64,000 nt of DNA from Octopus sinensis. Taxonomy: Eukaryota. A program made the translations under genes and the position numbers. Positions 50,761-63,570 of the stretch are shown here, piece after piece. Numbering within the stretch: the first letter of the stretch is position 1; every line of letters starts with the position of its first letter. The notes under the pieces are model-generated. The model was given only the letters and a program-made list of their open reading frames with translations, ran no database searches and was not told the DNA's origin. Where the stretch lies: positions 62,558,001 to 62,622,000 of the forward strand of contig NC_043001.1 of the NCBI RefSeq assembly GCF_006345805.1. Reading direction: 5' to 3'.

Positions 50761-51378
50761 TTGTCACTAATAGTGACTGAGGGTGCAGGGTAGCACCTAC
50801 AATGCTAGAAACAAGAGTCAAAGACCATTATAGCCACAAAAAGTGCAAGTCTATAACTGACAGGGGAGATAACCACTCCACAGCAAGCAAGGGTACTATA
50901 TAGGCAAGCCAATTTCCCCATATGAATCAATAGCCGATTCAGAGGTACTACTGATGAGCTTTAATTTCAAGTGAAACTGGCTTGCCAATATAGTATCCTC
51001 ACTTGCTGTACAGCAGTTATCCCCCCTGCCAGTACATAGACTTGTGCTTTTTGTGGCTATAAGGGTCTTTGACTCTTGTTTCTAGCACCCTCAGTCACTA
51101 TTAGTGACAACTGAATTTTTCCTTTTTAGTTTCATATATCATCTAGCCACCTTCATCATTTTATAATTTTCAGATTACTATTTTACTGAATCAGCTATTG
51201 ATTCCTATGGTAAATACTATCTACTGACAGGTAGGATGTAGCATAACAATTAGCAATGGAATAGTACTACTAATGAGCTTTAATTCCAAGCAAAACTAGT
51301 TTGCCATCCCTCACTCACTGTGGGATGATTATCTCCCCTGTCAGTACATAGACTTATGCTTTTTGTGGCTATAAGGGT
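50761..51378 (+). mobile_element. Hammerhead-bounded ~319-bp tandem unit plus inverted copy (retrozyme-like or PLE pseudo-LTR)
   Basis: Cores at 50951 and 51270. Inverted repeat 50761-50916 / 50973-51110. The 3' flank repeats at 51300-51378. Confidence 0.65.
50945..50996 (+). ncRNA. Type I hammerhead ribozyme motif (different family)
   Basis: Stem I GTACTA/TAGTAT; core CTGATGA at 50951-57; stem II GCTT/AAGT; GAAA at 50973-76; stem III C-TGG-(CTTG)-CCA-A; UA with predicted cleavage after 50990. One C-A mismatch in stem III. Confidence 0.75.
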
Positions 51379-51609
51379 ACTGAGAGAAAGAATAGAGATA
51401 CATTCTGATGAGAGAAAAAATAGATAAGTAAGAATTTTGTATTAGATATATATTGTTCAGTATATTGAGAACATTCCAGAAAGAGAATGAATACTAGCAG
51501 TTCCGAAGTTGTGTGAATACTGAGAGGAGGAATAAATAATACATTCTGGTGAAAGAAAAGATAGATAGGTAAGAGCATTGTATTAGATATATATACTATT
51601 CAGTATATC

Positions 51610-52805
51610 TATAAGATGCACCAAGTGTAAGCTATGGACACGTAAGAGGTGCAGCAATGTCAAAGGAAGGCTAACTAGGAAAATAGTCTTTGTTTGTGGC
51701 AGATGCTCTGGAGCAATAAACACTGAAAATGTGCAGAGACCAAGTTCTACCACATTCCAGGGAGAAAAACTAGAAGTAGTTGATAGCTTCCGTTACCTAG
51801 GTGACCAAGTGGGTGTGCTGAAAGTGTAACTGCTAGAGTAAGAATAGCTTGGGCAAAGTTCAGAGAGCTCTTACCCCTGCTGGTGACAAAAGGCCTCTCG
51901 CTCAGAGTAAAAGGCAGACTGTATGATGCATGTGTATGAACAGCCATGCTACATGGTGGTGAAACATGGGCCGTGACTGCTGAGGATATGCGTAAGCTCG
52001 CAAGAAATGAAGCCAGTATGCTCCGATGGATGTGTAATGTCAGTGTTCATACTCGACAGAGTGTAAGTACCTTGAGAGAAAAGTTGGACCTAAGAAGCAT
52101 CAGTTGTGGTGTGCAAGAGAGACGTTTGCGCTGGTATGGTCATGTGACGAGAATGGATGAAGATACTTGTGTGAAAAAGTGCCACACCCTAGCGGTTGAG
52201 GGAACCTGTGGAAGAGGTAGACCCAGGAAAACCTGGGACGAGGTGGTGAAGCACAACCTTTGAACTTTAGGTCTCACCAAGGAAATGACTAGAGACCGGG
52301 ACCTATGGAAGTATGCTGTGCGTGAGAAGACCCAGCAGGACAAGTGAGACTATAACCCATGGCCTCTACCTGGGATGTAGCCAGTCGACTTATGCATACC
52401 TTTCCTTCTTGGGACACAAAACTCCACTTGTGAAGACCTGTTGAGGCAAATGGAAATCAGAACCAAAATCGAAGTCGATCAACATCAATGGAAATTGCAG
52501 CTGTGATACCAGTGCCGGTGGCACGTAAGCGAACCATCCGATCGTGGCCGTTGCCAGCCTCGCCTGGCCCCCGTGCCCGTGGCACGTAAAAAGCACTATC
52601 CGACCGTGGCCGTTTGCCAGCCCCGTCTGGCACGTAAAAAGCACCCACTACACTCATGGAGTGGTTGGCGTTAGGAAGGGCATCCAGCTGTAGAAACATT
52701 GCCAGACCAGACTGGGCCTGGTGCAGCCTTCTGGCTTCCCAGACCCCAGTTGAACCGTCCAACCCATGCTAGCATGGAAAGCGGACGCTAAATGATGATG
52801 ATGAT
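51610..52805 (+). mobile_element. 5'-truncated RTE LINE
   Basis: Starts in the PHD (SIRCTKCKLWTRKRC). MLHGGETW, RRLRWYGHV, GRGRPRKTW, 3'UTR and (GAT)n tail. Confidence 0.92.
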
Positions 52806-52949
52806 ATCCTAGAGTATTCATTCCTGAGAGAAGTGGAAAGAATAAATTCTGGTATGAGAAAGATAGATAGATAAATAGATCAGGGCATTGTAGTGGATAT
52901 ATACTAAGCAGTATAATGGGAGGTATTTTTATCTTGGGAAATTAGAGGG

Positions 52950-54420
52950 AGTGCAAAGGGCTAGTAAACTGGTATTCCCAGCAAAATAAGTTGGGGATGG
53001 AGTGGCGGAGGCAAATGTAAAGACCACAGATAAGGGAGAAAATAAACAAGGCAGATGCCAGACCCACAGGGCTGGGCATCAATGAGAGGTGAGTGGGTTT
53101 GTAGGTAATAAAGTGAACATAAGGAAGATAAAGAAAAGACAAGTGTATAGTGTGTAGTCAAATCTTACTAGGGTGGAGATGTAGCGTTGTCTACCCACTA
53201 AGAAAAGCTAAATGTCAACTAGTAAAGAAAAGATTTAAGATTTGTGGTATAAAACAGTTAAGATATGTTATAAAACTAAAATAAAGACAGATAACTAAAG
53301 AAAATAAATAAAGATAATTAAAAAATAAATTAAAGTTAAAATAAAGTTAACACTTAAAATCAACTTTAGGTTAAAATCATAAAATTAAAAATTAACACTA
53401 ATGAAGATACATTATTAATGAGGCCTGCACTAATGAAGATATATTATTAATGAGGCCTGCACTAATGAAGATACATTATTAATGGAACTAAGGAGTTTAT
53501 GTATATGTGGAGAGAATGTTTAGTGCTGCTCATTTAATAATGGTAAAAACAGTCATGTATGTGGAAGTATTGAATAGGTAAAATGTCTAAGTTAGATGTT
53601 AGTGATAATCAGAAGTGTTAGTTTTTCTTAATTTAGATCTATGGAAAAATTTGAAGGACTTAAAAAATCTGTGTGTACAGGTGGAGAATGCTTCATGCTG
53701 CTTATTAAGTAACAGTGTAGGGTTATGTAACAGTAAGTGTAAGGATTCTTTTAAAAATGGCCAACAAGTAGTACACTGGCCCTGGCATAGGAGACCAGAA
53801 TCACTTATAGATCAGAATATACCGTAAGGAATTTTCTTTTTCTTAAAGTAATACATGTGGTCAGCTAGAGAGGTAGACTTGCTATGCTCTTCATACTTAA
53901 ATGAATTTAAATGGGTCAAATATCGATGCTTGAAAGTGTGGATCCTATATAGCACCTAGTAGAGCTGTTAAATGTGTTATGAACTATGCATTTGTAGACA
54001 AGGTTAAACCTTCTGCAATTTCCTAGATTTGCAGTTGCAACTAGACCTATCTAGTACAAAGGAGCCTCCCATATATGGAACGGATGCTGTACTATTAGAT
54101 GGCACACTAGGGTTGAGGGTAGTGTCCTCCAGTCAACTCCCAGTGTTTTCACTATTATGGATATCATTTATACCTATAATATACTGATTAATAAATGAGA
54201 TCATAGATATACTAGATTTCTGGAAAATATTAAGAGCAGTAGTATCCTGTTGGTTTGCCTTATCAGGTCTATTGTTAGGCTGTCTTGTATGGTAATCTAC
54301 AGTTACTCTGATACTTTGGTGGATGGAGTTAGCTTTGTGTTGGATGCTCTCCATTGTGCTCCTTTTGGTTTCTTTGGTAGTCATATAGATGATATTGATA
54401 TCATCTATATACAGTAAAGT
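52950..54420 (-). mobile_element. Degraded Penelope-like element (different lineage)
   Basis: Minus strand LLYIDDINII..KETKRSTME.IQHKANSIHQSIRVTVDY resembles PLE RT; possible GIY-YIG remnant near 53700-53900. Boundaries approximate. Confidence 0.5.
53395..53482. repeat. ~32-bp minisatellite, ~3 copies
   Basis: cactaatgaagata(c/t)attattaatgaggcctg repeated. Confidence 0.85.
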
Positions 54421-57257
54421 AACACACACACATTTCCTCATCACCTTTTAATGTCCATCGCCCATGCTGGTTTAAGCTGGATGGAGTGACAGATTTGGAT
54501 GTGTTGGAAGAATGCATCATGCTCCAATGTATTCGTTTGTATGGTTTCTACAGCCTTTCTGAATTACAACTAGTGAGTATCAATTCCTCTTGCAAGGTGC
54601 TAGCTAATCCAAGGTAATTCTAGAGACACTTGCCCAAGTTGCTGTGCAGAACTGAGTTTAAGGTTAAAGACTACATGGTTTCAAATCAAACTTCTTAAGC
54701 ATACAGCCATGCCTGATTATATATATCTATTACTGTGCAGTATCAGTAGAAAACAAGAACATAATTTTAATGGCATCTAGTCATGTCTCTTTACATTCTG
54801 ATCTTAATTTTTTTTATATTTTAACTTTTTTTAAGCAATAAACTAACAACCAGTGAAACACTGTACCTGATTTAATCATCTGTGCCCTACAAAAATGCAA
54901 GAAATTATACACATAACACTATTATGTAAAACACAAAATAAATGTTACAATTTCATATATGAGATACAGTCAACCAGATTATTAAAGGCTCATCAAAGAA
55001 ACCAATAAAATCCAGAAATAATGAACAAAGGGGGATTATTTTTCATTTCTTTTAACATCTGTAAGCTCACCCACATTCAAGTGGGATAATAAGTAAACAG
55101 AACACAACTTTTTTATATCTTTTAGTCAGGAGGGAAGACAGTGTCCACAAGGCTTCCAAGACTGATGGAAGAAAGAGAGGAAAGCATCTTCAAACTGGAA
55201 GCCCGCCCAAATGCTTATAACAGAGTGGACTCTGCTAAGGGCTCCCGTGGTACCAGGTGGTGCTTTTAAACTGGGCAATGGTTAAGTCTACCACCCAAGT
55301 AAGTCATAGTGGGATTTGAACTAAGAATGTAAAGAGCTGGAATAAATACAACAAGGCATCCGATTCGTTGGTTTTACAGTTCCACAAATCCATCACCTTG
55401 GAATAGTACTTTATTTTTATCAACCCTGAAAGCATGAAAGGCAAAGTTGACCTCAACGGGATTTAAACTCAGAGCACAGAATCAGAACAAATACTGCAAA
55501 GCATTCTGTCCAATGTGCTAACAAGTCTACCAAAGTACTGCTGAAGCATACTGTTGGGGGGGGGGGGGGCAATTTAACTATGAGCTGGAAATTTTTTTTC
55601 ATATCTCCAAAATTCTCCATTCACAATTCAAATCTGAGTTGTGTAGTCATAATTTAATACTAATCCTTTAAGAAGTCAGACTGTTGAGTTGATATTGTTT
55701 TTGTTAGCAGTGGTTGGTGGTGGTTGATTTCCAATCTACTAACTTTTCGTAAGGCGTAGTTTGCTAGTTAAGACCGTGAAAAAAATATCAGATTTTAAAT
55801 ACACTGAACAATAGCACCCAAACCTTTTAGTTCTTCTGTAGAGATGTAATTAGAGGTTTAAAGATAGATATACAATTGTGTCATTAGTGTATAATACGAG
55901 GAAATAGGTTGCCAACAATGATAACAAAAAGGGCTTGTATGATTTTAATTTGATTGCTGGATAGGGCAAATAATGTTCGAAACATTAGATTTTCACTCTC
56001 ACGGCGACAAAAGTTTCTCACACCAAGAAACACTTTTCAAAAAGTTTTATTAGAATATTGGGAATAACAACAATATTGATTTAATAAAATACCATAACAA
56101 CATAGTTTATATGCAATTTAGCAGAGATGTTTAATGTGTAGAGTGAAGTCGACGCTCATTGAAACATAGATCAAGGCAACGCCGTCACAGTAAGCAGAAA
56201 TCTAAATTTTGACAGAATAAAGTCTGTTTACTGTGTTTATCACTTTTGTGTATTGAATTTATATTAAATGTTCATGATATTTTGTTAGACATATTGCGAC
56301 AGATATATCATCAAGGTGAATGAGTATAGTAAATGATGTACTAATTAATGACCTTGTTGCATTACACAATAAAAATCTTATTAAGGTAACATTTGTCTTG
56401 AGATCGAAATGCCTTATCCTATAGATAATAATATAATAATAATATGAAACAAAATATAACATAAAAAAGTTACAATGACCATATAAACGATCACATATGA
56501 CGAGATAGTTGCTTGTAAATAAACGTGAAACAAAAAGGATAAATGTGACATGTTAACATAGCTGGAATAAAATAACACTTTGTTTAAAGACAGATAAAAC
56601 AATATTTTTAATATTTTACCCACCATCGCAGTCGAAAAGAAATGTATCAACATGTGCAAGGAGATAATTCATGTGGTTGCCATCCAAATATAATGACTTT
56701 GATGTAGACATCTTCAGAGCGGTTGTTAGACCAATCTTAGAGTTACGTCCCTTTAATTTACTCCCATTGAAAGACAATTCAGTTTGTGGATGTACAATTC
56801 AGTTTGCGGCTTCGAACATTATTCATAAATGAATGAAATTACTTAGAAATTAGAAAATATAGAGAGATAAAAAAACAACCAGCCCCCATACCTACACACC
56901 TTTTTTCCATACATGTACTCCTCAATCTAAGCACTAATGTTTATGCTAGCACATATCCTCGTTTTGAACCAGGGAGAAAACTGACAGTGACGAATAGATA
57001 GATACTCAAGCTCTAAGCTCATAATGCTTCCATTGCAGCAAGCATTTTATGTATCCGAAAATAGCATAGTTAAAGAGTCCTTAGGCTTGTTGTCTTAAAT
57101 CTAGCTGGATAATATCAGTGCCGGCATATTCAACATCCATTAAAAATACTTGGGACGCATCCTTCCATCTCTAGTGTACCGGGGTCAAGTATACAGAGAA
57201 CGACATTGAATTAAATGATTATGCTTTTTATTGTGATGAGTGTAATGAATAAATTTT

Positions 57258-57774
57258 GGATCTTTTCGGTTTGAACGGCAGTTTTTAACATAACTTCTAG
57301 GTAACTAAAACATTAATAACTTCGTATACTGGTAGAATGTGTTTATGAAACATCATTTTCTCTTGGCTTTCTTGAGAAAATTCTGTAGTTTGTAACATAT
57401 TTCGTCTTTAATTTCTTGCATTTCGGCAATTTTAACCTATTGCATTTCAATCTATTTTAGATTTAGGGTTAGGGGTGGGGGAAGGGTATCTTTTTTTCTT
57501 CACAAATGTAAATAAACCCAATCTGTTTCTTAAACAAGGGACATATTCATATGGCACAGAATGCTTTCACCTCAATAGACGGTCATTGATTGGTTAAAAT
57601 TGCCGAAATGCAAGAAATTAAAGACGAAATATGTTACAAACTACAGAATTTTCTCAAGAAAGCCAAGAGAAAATGATGTTTCATAATAAACACATTCTAC
57701 CAGTATACGAAGTTTAAAATTTGTTAGTTACCTAGAAATTATGTTAAAAACTGCTGTTCAAACCGAAAAGAACC
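57258..57774. mobile_element. 517-bp MULE-like MITE with ~180-bp TIRs and 8-bp TSD
   Basis: TAAATTTT at 57250-57257 and 57775-57782. Arms ~57258-57436 / 57591-57774 are near-perfect inverses with GG..CC termini. Confidence 0.8.
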
Positions 57775-59775
57775 TAAATTTTCTTTCTCAAACATATAAT
57801 GTTTCTCTTTTCACCCATGTACCATGTCCAAGATTATATTTCGCTGCATTTTGTTCTTAACCCATAAAGCGCTTATATTTGCACTTACATAGCATAGACA
57901 GGTGAGCACATTTTATGAAAATGAGACTACCATGCACACATAAAAACAAAAAATAGTTAAAATATCTTCTTTGTATATAATGGTGACAAGTTTTAAATCA
58001 TCTGAAAAGTCCTCAGTTGAACTATTAGTCCTCTTGCAGTCTGGAGGGGGGGGAGTATCAGAGCGTTTGAGTGACATTAGACCTCAACAAACGCCCGCAT
58101 CTATCTGGGCCACGATTGTGGCCTGTCGACCTGTGCCTGACGGCCATGATCGCTTTATGTGTTAATGTATATATATATATATATATATATATATGCAGTC
58201 ACCCCCACCAAGTATACAGGGCAACTTCAGACAATTTTTCTATAGAGTGGGGATTGTGATTGCTCCGTAGCTATTTACAATGAATGGTCATGCGGCTAAG
58301 AAAAAAGTCTTTGAGAAAAAATTTGATCGAAACTGCAAAGTGTTCGAAACCACCTCATTAGACGGTATCTTTTATGGCGGAGGTAAAGAATACGTACACC
58401 ACCCGTTTTTGGCGTAACAAAAACCCTAACCCTAAACACAGGGTGTATGTATTCTTCACTTTCGTTTCTTTTATCAGTTAACTTTCTGCAGCTATGCTGT
58501 AGCACAGCGTTGAACAATTTTAGTCAAACAAATCAATCTAGTCCTTTTTTTTAAAACCTGGTACTTATTGTATCAGGTTCTTTTACTGAACCGCAAAGTC
58601 ATGGATGTATAAACACACCAACATTGGTTGTCAGGCGGTGGTGAGGACAAACACTTACACATTCAATAAATTAAAAGCAGCACTAGTATTGTAAACATTA
58701 CTAACTGCACATACTCAATGTATGTCTTGTTCGTTCACTGGTTCACTGCATATAGTGTTTGGCGGGGTGACTCCCTCATAACACTGGGTGTTAAGCACCT
58801 GAAAGTTATAGATATGTGAGACAATTTGCCTCCAATTGAAGTCAAGAGTGATGGATACCAATATTTTGCCATTTTTGTGGCTTATCACACAATAACAGTA
58901 GACAAAAAAATCTTTCTTATGGTACAAAGTGTAAAAACATCATATCTTCCGTCTGTTGCCCTCTTTCGGATTCCCAGAAGCAGCGTTCCTAGCACTTCAG
59001 CCGTTATCAATGGGAAATACCAAAGAGAGGTGACTCAGAGTAGATTTAAAGTCCTAGCATTAACTAAAACATAGTCAACAACATTGACCAAGATGCACTA
59101 TTGGACTGGCAGGTCAGGAGAAATTCATTAGTATCAGTGCCAAACAGTGTTTAGGCTTCAATGAACTTTAAGTTAGTTGAAATATGTTTGTGACATATTT
59201 CAACTAGTATTTTTTTTTTTTTTTTAATGTACACGTATGTGTTTAAGTGTATGTGTAGGAGAAAGTGTGTGTGTTTGTTGGTCACTCAAGTGGATTTTTC
59301 CAGTTATTTTAGTAACAGTATAATTTTTTTATTAAGTAACAAATTTTTGATAAAATGTAATTCCATTGCCTTCAGGATATACATCTTATCAAAAAATTCT
59401 TACCTAAACTACACATAAAAAAAAGAAAATGGAAAAATATATTTATAAACACATGAAAAATCCTCTTTTCTCATTACTGTTCCAAAAATAACTGAAAAAT
59501 TTCACTTATGTAACCAACACACAAACGCTCTCACACACATATGGTTAAACACATATACACACACTTAAAAAACTCTTTAAAAACAGTTTGATACAGTGAA
59601 TTTCCTACAGCTGGACAACAAGACAGGAAGCAAGAAATATAATGACTAAAAGAAAATTGACCTATTGAACTGTCATTAATTTCAAGCATCTCAGAAAAAG
59701 ACCCTTTTCAGCAACTGGGTAACATGAGAACTGACCAAAGAGTACAATGCACTTTCAACCATCTCAGAAAAGATA

Positions 59776-59894
<119 letters not shown>

Positions 59895-60664
59895 CCTGTC
59901 TGTCTTTCCTTTTACCTTTTTTCCTCTCTAACCAAGCCTCAAAAACTTCACCACACACGTGCGCGCACACACACAAACACACACAGATTCAAAATAACAA
60001 AGAAAATCTCTTCCTAATTCAGCTTCAGATTTTTTCAACTCACATATATATATAAAAAGCATAAATTTTCTGTAAATAAATCATTCATGATGATTCTCTC
60101 AAAAAGAGATGAAAATGCTAAATAGATAACATTCCAAAATTCTGACTACCTCATATTTCTTCATATATAAAATCTGTACACCACTTCAAACAACTCACAC
60201 AAGTGTCACGAATAGCTAGTAGCCTTATTAAACAATAATTAGTGGTGATAGAAGCAGTATTAATGCCAAAAGGAAATAATTATCCCAATTTAAAAGTGGA
60301 TGTTGAGTTAGAACACAAAGAACAGTGATAGTTATCATGAAAGTGCCTCACTTGTGGTCTTTTGGTACATATAAGCACTCTTGTTGATATCGCTAGCAAT
60401 TCAATGTATACTGCTATACATTGAAGAGATACTGGTGCTATTTCCATCAGTCAAGTGTCTGCCATTGACAATGTCAACGAAGGCTGAAATCACATGGTAC
60501 AGTAGTCTCTGCAGTGGCAATCACAAAGATTTATCTCTCATTAGCAATGTAAACAATAGTGCTTATATGTACCAAAACATAATATGAGAAGTTCTCACAT
60601 GGTAACTATTCCAGTTTTAGTGGAGATAAATATTTCCTTTCATTATTAATACTGCTTCTGTCAC

Positions 60665-61615
60665 TACCGCTCAGAGTGAAAGGTAGAATGTACAATGCAT
60701 ATGCCTGAACTGCCATGCTTCATGGCAGTGAAACATGGGCTGTGACCGTGGAGGACATGCGCAGGCTTGAAAGAAATGAAGATAGCATGATCTGCTGGAT
60801 GCGTAATGTCAGTGTGCACACATGACAGAGTGTAAGCGCCCTGAGAGAAATGTTGGACATAAGAAACATCAGATGTTGCATGCATGAGAGACATTTGCAC
60901 TGGTATGGTCATTTACTACAGATAGATGAGGAGAGATATGTAAAGAAGTGCCACTCCCAAACAGTTGAAGGAATCCGGGTAGAGGTAGACCCAGGAAGAC
61001 ATGGTATGAGGTGGTCAAGCATGACCTTCGAATGTTGGGCCTCACAGAGGCAATGTCAAAAGACTGAGATCTCTGGAGATATGCTGTGACTGTGAAGACC
61101 CGGTAAATAAAGTGAGTTCATGGCTGTATCCTACACCAGTTTCACATAACCAGCCCTAGCCCACTCAAAAGTACCTTGGATCGTAGGGCAAACTGCTGTG
61201 CTTACCTTGGATCATAGGGTGACCTGCTGTGCTTGAGGAGACCTATTGAGGCAAGTACATCAAAACTAAAATCAAATGGAAATTGTAGCTGTGATCCCCA
61301 TGCTAGTGGCATGTAAAAAGAACCATCCGAATGTGGCTGATGCCAGCACTGCCTTGACTCTTTTACATGCTGGTGGCACGTAAAAAGAAGTAACTGATTG
61401 TGGTCGTTTCCAGCCTCCTCTGGCCCTTTTGCAGGTGGCATGTAAAAAGTAGCCACTACACTCTCAGAGTGGTTGGCGTTAGGAAGGGCATCCTGCTGTA
61501 GAAACACTGCCAGATAAGACTGGAGCCTGGTGCAGCTTCCTGGCTTCCCAGATCCCAGTCAAACCGTCCAACCCATGTCAGCATGGAAAACGGACGTTAA
61601 ACAATGATGATGATA
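60665..61615 (+). mobile_element. 5'-truncated RTE LINE 3' part
   Basis: HGSETWAV, ERHLHWYGH, 3'UTR repeats and tail ...gttaaacaatgatgatgat. Confidence 0.88.
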
Positions 61616-61619
61616 GCGA

Positions 61620-62632
61620 TATATCATCATCATCATCATCATCATTTAGCATCTGCTTTCCATGCTAGCATGGGTTGGACGGTTCAACTGGGGACTGGGA
61701 AGCCAGAAGGCTGCATCAGGCCCAGTCTGATCTGGCAATGTTTCTACGGCTGGATACCCTTCCTAATGCTAACCACTCCGTGAGTGTAGTGGATGCTTTT
61801 TACGTGCCACCGGCACAGGTGCCAGACGAGTCTGGCAAACGGCCACAATCGGATGATGCTTTTTATGTGCCACCGGCATGGGGGCCAGTCGGGGCGGCGC
61901 TGGCAACGGCCACGTTCGGATGGTTCTCTTATGTGCCACCGGCACTGGTATCTTAGCTGCAATTTCCATTGATGTTGATCGATTTCGATTCTCATTTGCC
62001 TCAACAGGTCTTCACAAGTAGAGTTTTGTGTCCCAAGAAGGAAAGGTATGCATAAGTGGACTGGCTACATCCCGTGTAGAGGCCATGGGTTATGGTCTCA
62101 CTTGTCCTGTCGGGTCTTCTCACGCACAGCATACTTCCATAGGTCTCGGTCTCTAGTCATTTCCTCAGTGAGACCTAAAGTTCGTGCTTCACCACCTCGT
62201 CCCAGGTTTTCCTGGGTCTACTTCTTCCACAGGTTCCCTCAACCGCTAGGGTGTGGCACTTTTTCACACAACTATCTTCATCCATTCTCACCACATGACC
62301 ATACCAACGCAAACGTCTCTCTTGCACACCACATCTGATGCTTCTTAGGTCCAGCTTTTCTCTCAAGGTACTTACACTCTGTCGAGTATGAACACTGACG
62401 TTACACATCCATCGGAGCATACTGGCTTCATTTCTTGCAAGCTTACACATATCCTCTGCAGTCACGGCCCATGTTTCACCACCATGTAGCATGGCTGTTC
62501 GTACACACGCATCATACAGTCTGCCTTTTATTCTGAGCGAGAGGCCTTTTGTCACCAGCAGAGGGAAGAGCTCTCTGAACTTTGCCCAAGCTATTCTTAC
62601 TCTAGCAGTTACACTTTCAGCACACCCGCCCC
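61620..62632 (-). mobile_element. 5'-truncated RTE LINE 3' part, tail-to-tail with the previous copy
   Basis: Minus ORF 62175-62555 (KGLSLRIKGRLYDACVRTAMLHGGETW...GRSRPRKTW). (ATC)n tail at 61622-61645. Confidence 0.92.
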
Positions 62633-63040
62633 ATATATATATATATATGTTATCAAACTCTACATAGAATATTTTCTACATGATATTCATGCAGTGTATG
62701 CAGATGGCACAATCCAACTTAGTGAATAAATCCACTCTTCTTTGTTCAGACATGTACTTTATATAAAGATACTTTCCAAATACTTCTGGAGGGCAGATTC
62801 CAGGGTAGGTGAGCAAAATATAAATGAGTAACAAAGATGTATAAGTTTCAATTTATTACAGCTGTTTCTAATGATTTCTTTAATTGATCAATTGAAGCAT
62901 TACGTCATTACAAAGAAAACTGTTCTCATCAGATGACTGCATAGACTTCAAGCATAAACAACAAGTTGGATATTTAAACATATTCATGTCATCAATAGAA
63001 CGATACAATGTATATATTTATGTATGTATATATATATATA

Positions 63041-63059
<19 letters not shown>

Positions 63060-63072
<13 letters not shown>

Positions 63073-63560
63073 AAGGTGAGAATGTGTGTCTGTCTGTGTG
63101 AATCTCTAAAACTTAACAACTATACAACCAATTTCATTCAAATTTTACACATTGTCATAGGCCAAAAACATTTTTAACTTCTTGTCTAGGGTGAGCCCAC
63201 AGCAATATCATATCTTCTCCACTATTTCAGTATTACATGTCAAAAATGAAACAATGACATCTCTCTATTGTAATGTCAGACGCTTTCACTTTAATACTGA
63301 AACTATGAGACGGATGACTTCTAAGTGGACATTCATTATACTAGAAGATCTGCTATGGTCATACCACTAACAAAGGAATGGTAAGACCATAGCAGATCTT
63401 CTGCTAGCATAATGGATGACCACTTATATGTATGTAATATAATTTTTACTGAAACATCAAGTTTTTCAATAAGCAACACCACTGGTTTTAAATTGATATT
63501 AATCAAATTATTATTCAATTTTTCACCCTTATTATTTTATATTTAAATTTACATGCATAT
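63060..63560 (+). mobile_element. Helitron-like element, inverted homolog of 11985-12543, with internal hairpin 63323-63425
   Basis: tatataaaggtgagaatgtgtgtctgtc start; ctcacccttattatttt near the end; shared hairpin. Confidence 0.65.
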
Positions 63561-63570
63561 ATATATATAG

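Noticed and set aside
55126-55270. Possible plus-strand exon after a ttttag acceptor
   Set aside because: The frame ends in a stop without a convincing donor or recognisable homology, and it lies among SINE fragments.
55556-55569. Poly-G run as a G-quadruplex element
   Set aside because: A single homopolymer with no supporting context; it may be error-prone in sequencing.
57970-58450. CpG-containing stretch with short ORFs and a ccctaaccctaa motif, as a promoter or telomeric remnant
   Set aside because: No coherent ORF or core promoter motif, and only two telomere-like units.
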